Source: Clostridiales bacterium (GTDB lineage Bacteria > Bacillota > Clostridia > Christensenellales > DTU072). Taken from it: DNA of 64,000 nucleotides. The DNA is taken from positions 16,593-80,592 of the forward strand of contig DUON01000020.1 of assembly GCA_012838805.1 (NCBI GenBank). Direction: 5' to 3'. Positions within the stretch are counted from its first letter, which is position 1, and each line of letters opens with the position of its first letter. Below, in pieces: positions 58,452 to 64,000 of the stretch. Under the pieces are notes generated by a model. The model worked only from the letters and a program-made list of their open reading frames with translations. It was not told the origin of the DNA and ran no database searches. The translations under genes and the position numbers were made by a program.

Positions 58452-59149
58452 GCTTGAACAAGAAGCTGATAGAGCGAGCCAAAGAACACAATATCGAATT
58501 AAGTGAAAGCCAAGCTTTGCAGCTTGAAAGCTTTGCCAAGCTCTTAATAGAAGAAAACCAAAAATATAATCTTACGGCTTTAACTCAGCAAGACGAGATT
58601 ATAGACAAACATTTTATTGACAGCTTAAAGGGCTTAAGGTATATAAACAAGCAGTATAAAATCGTGGATATAGGAAGCGGAGCGGGCTTTCCCGCCATAC
58701 CGCTTAAGATTGTTAGCGGTGGAAAATATCTGCTTTTAGACTCCCTAAACAAGCGGATAGGCTTCCTAAACATGGCAATTCAAGAATTAGGCTTGGAGGA
58801 CATTCAAACTCTTCACAGCCGCATTGAGGATGCCGCACACAAAAAAGAATATAGGCACAAGTTCGACTTGGTCTTGGCGCGGGCGGTAGCGCCCTTGAAC
58901 ATCTTGGTGGAATATGCCCTGCCTTTTTTGAAAAAGGGCGGAAAGCTGATAGCGTATAAAGGAAAAAAGCTTTTTGAAGAAATTCAAGAGACAACAAACG
59001 CCTTGAAAATTATGGGCGGTGAAATTGAGGACAAACTGGAATACCAAATAAATGGCGAAAAAAGGTATATTATATCAATAAAGAGCTTGCATGAGGGGCA
59101 TGAGGGCTATCCCAGACCCCTCAACAAACCCAGAAAGCGTCCCTTATAA
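58448..59149 (+). CDS. rsmG: 16S rRNA (guanine527-N7)-methyltransferase RsmG
   Basis: The ATG at 58448 overlaps the mnmG stop (ATGA). It shows NQKYNLTAL...HFIDSL and the SAM motif DIGSGAGFPAIPLKI. Confidence 0.85.
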   Translation: MSLNKKLIERAKEHNIELSESQALQLESFAKLLIEENQKYNLTALTQQDEIIDKHFIDSLKGLRYINKQYKIVDIGSGAGFPAIPLKIVSGGKYLLLDSLNKRIGFLNMAIQELGLEDIQTLHSRIEDAAHKKEYRHKFDLVLARAVAPLNILVEYALPFLKKGGKLIAYKGKKLFEEIQETTNALKIMGGEIEDKLEYQINGEKRYIISIKSLHEGHEGYPRPLNKPRKRPL

Positions 59150-59159
59150 GGAGGATTTT

Positions 59160-60029
59160 ATGACAAATATAGGCAAGGGCATAAGCCGTCTTTTGCAAAA
59201 TGTGGAAGACCAAAGAAAGTTCACCGAGCAAGGCGAAAGAATCTATAAAGCACCTTTGGACACCTTGCACCCAAACCCCAATCAACCCAGAAAGAGCTTT
59301 GACGAACAAGCAATGGTTGAGCTATGCGAATCCATACGCGAACACGGCATAATTCAGCCCATTGTGGTCAACCACAAAGACGACAAACTGATAATCGTCG
59401 CCGGCGAGAGAAGATATAGGGCGGCTATGATGCTGGGCTTGACAGAAGTCCCCGTAATTATCAGAGAACTAAGCGAACAAAAAAGCCGAGAGGTCAGTTT
59501 GATAGAAAACTTGCAAAGGGAGGACTTGAACGCCATTGAGGAGGCGCAAGCGCTTAAAGAGCTTATGAGCGTACATAAACTCACACAAGACGAGCTTGCC
59601 AAAAGGATAGGAAAGGCACGCTCCTCTATCACCAACACCATAAGGCTTTTACAATTAGATAAGAGCGTACAAAAGCTGGTAAGAGACGGAAAACTAAGCG
59701 CAGGGCATGCCAAAGCCTTGCTTTCGGTTCCCCGAACTGAGGACCAGATTAGATTTGCAAACGAGGCGATAAACAAGGGAATGAGCGTTAGGGACTTGGA
59801 AAAAAGGGTCAGATACTTTTTATATCCCGAAAAAGAGCCCAAGAAAATGAGCGACGAGGACAAAAAAAGATTCACAAAAGAGATGAAAGGCTTTGTGGAC
59901 GATATGAAAAAACTATTTATGACTAAGGTAAAGATTGTGGGAAACCAAGAAAAGGGCAGAATAAGCATCGACTATTACACAAAAGACGATTTGCAAAGAA
60001 TTTATGAGATAATGAATTCCCTAAAATAG
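59160..60029 (+). CDS. parB: ParB/Spo0J-family chromosome partitioning protein (no adjacent ParA)
   Basis: The ATG at 59160 has an AAGGAGG RBS. 289 aa. It shows NPNQPRK, the CTPase box GERRYRAA and the HTH LTQDELAKRIGKARSSITNTIRLL. Confidence 0.85.
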   Translation: MTNIGKGISRLLQNVEDQRKFTEQGERIYKAPLDTLHPNPNQPRKSFDEQAMVELCESIREHGIIQPIVVNHKDDKLIIVAGERRYRAAMMLGLTEVPVIIRELSEQKSREVSLIENLQREDLNAIEEAQALKELMSVHKLTQDELAKRIGKARSSITNTIRLLQLDKSVQKLVRDGKLSAGHAKALLSVPRTEDQIRFANEAINKGMSVRDLEKRVRYFLYPEKEPKKMSDEDKKRFTKEMKGFVDDMKKLFMTKVKIVGNQEKGRISIDYYTKDDLQRIYEIMNSLK

Positions 60030-60055
60030 CCAAAAGGTTTTTGGAAAAGCTCTTA

Positions 60056-60092
60056 ACGCTTCAAAAGCCCAAGGCTTTAGAGGCGTTTTTTT
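60056..60092 (+). terminator. Intrinsic terminator after parB
   Basis: acgcttcaaaagcc-caa-ggctttagaggcgt (an imperfect stem) followed by T7. Confidence 0.55.
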
Positions 60093-60222
60093 ATATGGAA
60101 AAAGAAAAGTATACACTCTTATAATAATGATTAAAATGATTAAAAAGCTGTACATTATATATATTTACTGTTATAATATATAATATAATATTTTTTTTAT
60201 AAAAATAAAGGAGACTTCATAG

Positions 60223-62127
60223 ATGAGCGAAAAGATTAATCAAGCCTATGACCAAGACACCATTCAGGTTTTGGAGGGGCTGGAGCCTGTCAGAAAAAGA
60301 CCGGGAATGTATATAGGCTCCACAGACGAGAGAGGCTTGCATCACTTGGTTACGGAAATTGTGGACAACTCCATTGACGAGGCTTTGGCGGGATTCTGCA
60401 CACATATAGAGGTCACTATCCAAAAAGATAATTCTGTAAAAGTGCGGGACAACGGCAGGGGCATTCCCACGGGCATTATTCCCAAGGAGAATAAGTCGGC
60501 GGTGGAAGTGGTCATGACCAAACTGCATGCGGGCGGAAAGTTCGGCGGCGGCGGATATAGGATAAGCGGAGGGCTTCACGGCGTCGGGCTTTCGGTGGTC
60601 AGCGCACTCAGCCGTTATTTGGAGATTACGGTTTATCAGAACGGCTTTATCCATAGACAGCTTTACAAAAGGGGAAAGCCGCAGACCGAGCTTGAAATAA
60701 TAGGACAAACCAACGAGACGGGCACGCAGATTGTCTTTTTCCCAGATGACGAGATTTTCGAGACTACGGAGTTTGATTTTGAAAAAATAAAGACGCGCTT
60801 GAAAGAGCTTGCCTACCTCAACAAGGGCTTAAAGATAAGCATATCCGACGAGAGAGAGAGCAGACAGCAAGAGAGAACTTATCAGTTCGAGGGCGGCATA
60901 CTTCATTTTGTAGAGAACTTGAACAAAAACAAGGAGACGCTGATTCCCCAAGTCTTTTATTTTGAAATTATCAAAGAGGACAAGGAAATCGAAGTTGCGC
61001 TTCAGTACAACAATGGCTTTTCCGAAAGTATCCACGCTTATGCCAACAATATCTTCACTGAAGAGGGCGGAACGCATTTGGACGGCTTTAAGGCGGCTTT
61101 AACCAAAGTTTTTAACGATTATGGACAAAAGCTCAAAATCCTCAAAGAAACCGAAAGATTGAGCGGCGAGGATGTCAGAGAAGGGCTTACCGCTGTGATA
61201 AGCGTAAAGCTGACCGACCCGCAGTTTGAGGGGCAGACCAAGACCAAGCTGGGCAACAGCGAAATGCGGACGGAAGTCAACAAGGCTTTGACGGAAAAGC
61301 TGGGCGAATTCTTTGAGGAGAATCCCAAAATAGCCCGAGAGATTATCGCAAAAGCCGATAACGCCAAAAAGGCAAGAGAGGCGGCAAGAGCGACCAGGGA
61401 GCTTATCAGACGAAAGGGCGTCTTTGAGACCTCTACGCTTCCCGGAAAGCTTTCGGACTGTACCGAGCGTGACCCCAAGAATTGCGAAATCTACCTTGTG
61501 GAGGGAGACTCTGCGGGCGGTACCGCAAGAATGGGCAGGGATAGGCGTTTTCAAGCCATTCTGCCGCTTAGGGGAAAAATCCTCAATGTGGAAAAGGCAC
61601 GCCTAAACAGAGCCTTGGACAACGAGGAAATAAAGTCTATGATACAAGCTTTTGGATGCGGATATATGGACGAATTTGATATCACAAAGCTTAGGTATGA
61701 TAGAATTATTTGCATGACTGACGCCGATGTGGACGGCAGCCATATTAGAATTTTGCTTTTGACCTTTTTCTATCGGTTTATGAAACCGCTTATAGAGAAC
61801 GGGCATGTCTATATCGCCAGACCCCCGCTCTACAAGGTCACAAAAGGCAAAAAGGAAATGTACTGCTATTCTGACGAAGAGCTTAAGGCTATCCAAGAAG
61901 AATACGGCAAGGTGGAGCTACAAAGATATAAAGGTCTGGGAGAGATGAACGCCGAACAGCTTTATGAAACCACTATGAACCCCGAAAAAAGGGCTCTTAT
62001 CAGAGTAAAAATGGAAGATGCCGAAGAGGCGGAGGAGATTTTCACATTGCTTATGGGAGAACAACCCGAGCTTAGAAGGCAGTTTATAGAAGAGAACGCG
62101 ACCTTGGTCAAAGAATTGGATATATAG
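60223..62127 (+). CDS. gyrB: DNA gyrase subunit B
   Basis: 634 aa. It shows [18 protein letters not shown], the GHKL ATPase fold, the Toprim motif EGDSAGG and the C-terminus [10 protein letters not shown]. Confidence 0.95.
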   Translation: MSEKINQAYDQDTIQVLEGLEPVRKRPGMYIGSTDERGLHHLVTEIVDNSIDEALAGFCTHIEVTIQKDNSVKVRDNGRGIPTGIIPKENKSAVEVVMTKLHAGGKFGGGGYRISGGLHGVGLSVVSALSRYLEITVYQNGFIHRQLYKRGKPQTELEIIGQTNETGTQIVFFPDDEIFETTEFDFEKIKTRLKELAYLNKGLKISISDERESRQQERTYQFEGGILHFVENLNKNKETLIPQVFYFEIIKEDKEIEVALQYNNGFSESIHAYANNIFTEEGGTHLDGFKAALTKVFNDYGQKLKILKETERLSGEDVREGLTAVISVKLTDPQFEGQTKTKLGNSEMRTEVNKALTEKLGEFFEENPKIAREIIAKADNAKKAREAARATRELIRRKGVFETSTLPGKLSDCTERDPKNCEIYLVEGDSAGGTARMGRDRRFQAILPLRGKILNVEKARLNRALDNEEIKSMIQAFGCGYMDEFDITKLRYDRIICMTDADVDGSHIRILLLTFFYRFMKPLIENGHVYIARPPLYKVTKGKKEMYCYSDEELKAIQEEYGKVELQRYKGLGEMNAEQLYETTMNPEKRALIRVKMEDAEEAEEIFTLLMGEQPELRRQFIEENATLVKELDI

Positions 62128-62137
62128 AGGGTAAAAA

Positions 62138-64000
62138 ATGGCAACAGGAAAAAGAGAACAAAAGGACATTCAAGAGATATTAAAACAAACCAAAATAATC
62201 CCAATCAATATAAGGGACGAGATGAGCAAGTCATTTATCAGCTATGCTATGGCGGTAAATGTCTCCAGAGCCATTCCCGATGTCAGAGACGGACTTAAGC
62301 CCGTACACAGAAGAATACTCTACGCTATGCATGACCTCAACAACACCCACGACAAGCCCTATAAAAAGTGCGCAAGGATTGTGGGCGAGGTTTTGGGAAA
62401 ATATCATCCCCATGGAGACAGCGCAGTATATGACGCCTTGGTGAGAATGGCACAGGACTTTTCGGCAAGAGCCACGCTGATAGACGGACATGGAAACTTC
62501 GGCTCTGTGGACGGCGACCCGCCCGCGGCGCAAAGGTATACAGAGGCGAGGCTAAGCAAAATCGCCTCCGAAATGCTCAAGGATATAGAAAAAGAGACTG
62601 TGGACTTTTATCCCAACTTTGACGATACCCTTTTGCAGCCCGTAGTGCTTCCCGCCAAGTTCCCCAACCTATTGGTCAACGGCAGCGAGGGCATAGCCGT
62701 AGGCATGGCGACCAATATACCTCCACACAACCTTGGAGAGGTCATAGACGCCGTAATAGCGCTTATGGAAGACGAGACTTTGGAAACGCTTGACCTTATG
62801 CAGTATCTTCCCGCCCCCGACTATCCCACAGGGGCTATTGTGCTGAACAGAAGCGCAGTCAAAAAAGCTTATATGACTGGACGGGGCGGAGTGACGATTA
62901 GAGCGCGTGTGGACATAGAGGAAGAAAACGGCAGACAAAGGCTTGTGGTTAAAGAGTTACCCTATCAAGTCAATAAAGCCAATTTAATCAAGAATATAGC
63001 CGATTTGGTAAAGGACAAGAAATTAGAGGGCATAAGCGACATCAAAGAAGAAAGTGACCGTTTGGGAATGAGGGTGGTTATTGAGATTAAAAAAGACCAC
63101 AACGCCCAAGTCGTGCTCAACAATCTCTACAAGCAGACCGCCTTGCAGGTCTCAAACGGCATCTGCCTTTTGGCGCTTGTGGAAGGCAAGCCCAAGATAT
63201 GCACGCTTAAGGAGCTTTTGCAATACTATATCAAGCATCAGATAGATGTCATAGAGAGAAGAACACGCTTTAACCTTAGAAAAGCGGAAGAAAGAGAGCA
63301 TATAGTCAGAGGTCTTGTCATAGCGCTTTCCAATATCGACAGGGTGATTGAGATTATCAAATCATCCGCCGAAAGGAATCAAGCCATGACCAACCTTATG
63401 CAAGAATTCGAGCTCACTGAAAAGCAGGCGAACGCCATATTGGATATGAGGCTTGCAAGGCTGACCAGCCTTGAAGTGCATAAGCTTCATGAAGAGCTTG
63501 CGGAGCTGGAAGGACAAATAAAAGAATATAAAGAGATTATCGCCAACCCCGACAGAGTAAAGCAAATCATAAAAGATGAACTCACCCAAATCAAAACTCA
63601 GTTTGCTGACGAAAGAAAGTCAGAAATCAGCGACGAGGACTTAGACATCTGTGACGCCGACCTTATAGACAGAGAAGATGTGGTTGTGACAATGACTTAT
63701 CAGGGCTATATCAAGAGGATTCCCGTATGCGAATATAGGTCACAAGGCAGGGGCGGCGTGGGCGTCAAAGCGCACACGACCAAGGATGAGGACTTCTTGG
63801 CGACGCTCTTTGTATCCAATACCCATGACGACTTACTGTTTTTCTCCAATAAAGGCAAGGCATATGTCAAAAAGGTCTTTGAGATTCCCGAGGCGTCCCG
63901 AACCGCGAAAGGGCGAGCTATGGTCAATGTGCTGCCTTTGGACGAGGGCGAGAAAATAACGGCGTTTTTGCCCATACAAGAGTACGGAAAAGGCTATATC
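62138..64000 (+). CDS. gyrA: DNA gyrase subunit A (partial, runs off the window end)
   Basis: The ATG is at 62138. It shows ...[47 protein letters not shown] and the active-site region AQRYTEARL. The frame stays open to position 64000 (621 codons). It is absent from the ORF track because it lacks a stop. Confidence 0.95.
   Translation, partial: MATGKREQKDIQEILKQTKIIPINIRDEMSKSFISYAMAVNVSRAIPDVRDGLKPVHRRILYAMHDLNNTHDKPYKKCARIVGEVLGKYHPHGDSAVYDALVRMAQDFSARATLIDGHGNFGSVDGDPPAAQRYTEARLSKIASEMLKDIEKETVDFYPNFDDTLLQPVVLPAKFPNLLVNGSEGIAVGMATNIPPHNLGEVIDAVIALMEDETLETLDLMQYLPAPDYPTGAIVLNRSAVKKAYMTGRGGVTIRARVDIEEENGRQRLVVKELPYQVNKANLIKNIADLVKDKKLEGISDIKEESDRLGMRVVIEIKKDHNAQVVLNNLYKQTALQVSNGICLLALVEGKPKICTLKELLQYYIKHQIDVIERRTRFNLRKAEEREHIVRGLVIALSNIDRVIEIIKSSAERNQAMTNLMQEFELTEKQANAILDMRLARLTSLEVHKLHEELAELEGQIKEYKEIIANPDRVKQIIKDELTQIKTQFADERKSEISDEDLDICDADLIDREDVVVTMTYQGYIKRIPVCEYRSQGRGGVGVKAHTTKDEDFLATLFVSNTHDDLLFFSNKGKAYVKKVFEIPEASRTAKGRAMVNVLPLDEGEKITAFLPIQEYGKGYI

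Noticed and set aside
53431-60708. Long antisense ORFs inside yidC (53431-54027), mnmE (55400-55834), parB (59354-59968) and gyrB (60217-60708)
   Set aside because: Each is fully nested opposite a well-supported conserved gene. The Ser/Leu/Phe-rich translations are typical of antisense reading of AT-rich, Lys/Glu-rich genes, and none has a start context.

Overview
This 64-kb window comes from a low-GC, anaerobic, probably spore-forming Firmicute (Clostridia-like) and spans the chromosomal replication origin. The left ~46 kb is mostly minus-strand. It carries desulfoferrodoxin, a SleL/YaaH-like cortex hydrolase, enolase fused to a split activase cluster, PFOR, an ABC-2/QueT operon and rpsF-ssb-rpsR. 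It also carries a DUF5058/P1B-ATPase operon, cobalamin-riboswitch-controlled uptake genes, a short AlaRS, apgM, HU, a PgcA-like mutase, large InlB-B-repeat and LRR surface proteins, a 4-tRNA cluster and rplM-rpsI. Near 46.1 kb the coding polarity flips, and everything to the right is on the plus strand. That block runs dnaA, an oriC spacer with DnaA boxes and a DnaA-trio run, dnaN, split transketolase and an unknown Lys-rich gene carrying a parS site. It continues with rpmH-rnpA-yidD-yidC-jag-mnmE-dtd-mnmG-rsmG-parB and then gyrB-gyrA (gyrA is cut by the window end). I saw no rRNA, CRISPR array, transposase, integrase or recognisable defence system. The most notable observations are: two identical perfect-palindrome parS sites with an orphan parB; an apparently leaderless dnaA; the usual left-of-origin rpmH..parB block moved to the dnaA side; queT embedded in an ABC-2 operon with duplicated permeases; and a B12 riboswitch unit placed divergently to a degenerate RACo-like protein. 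All family assignments come from reading the translations by eye. No database search was run.
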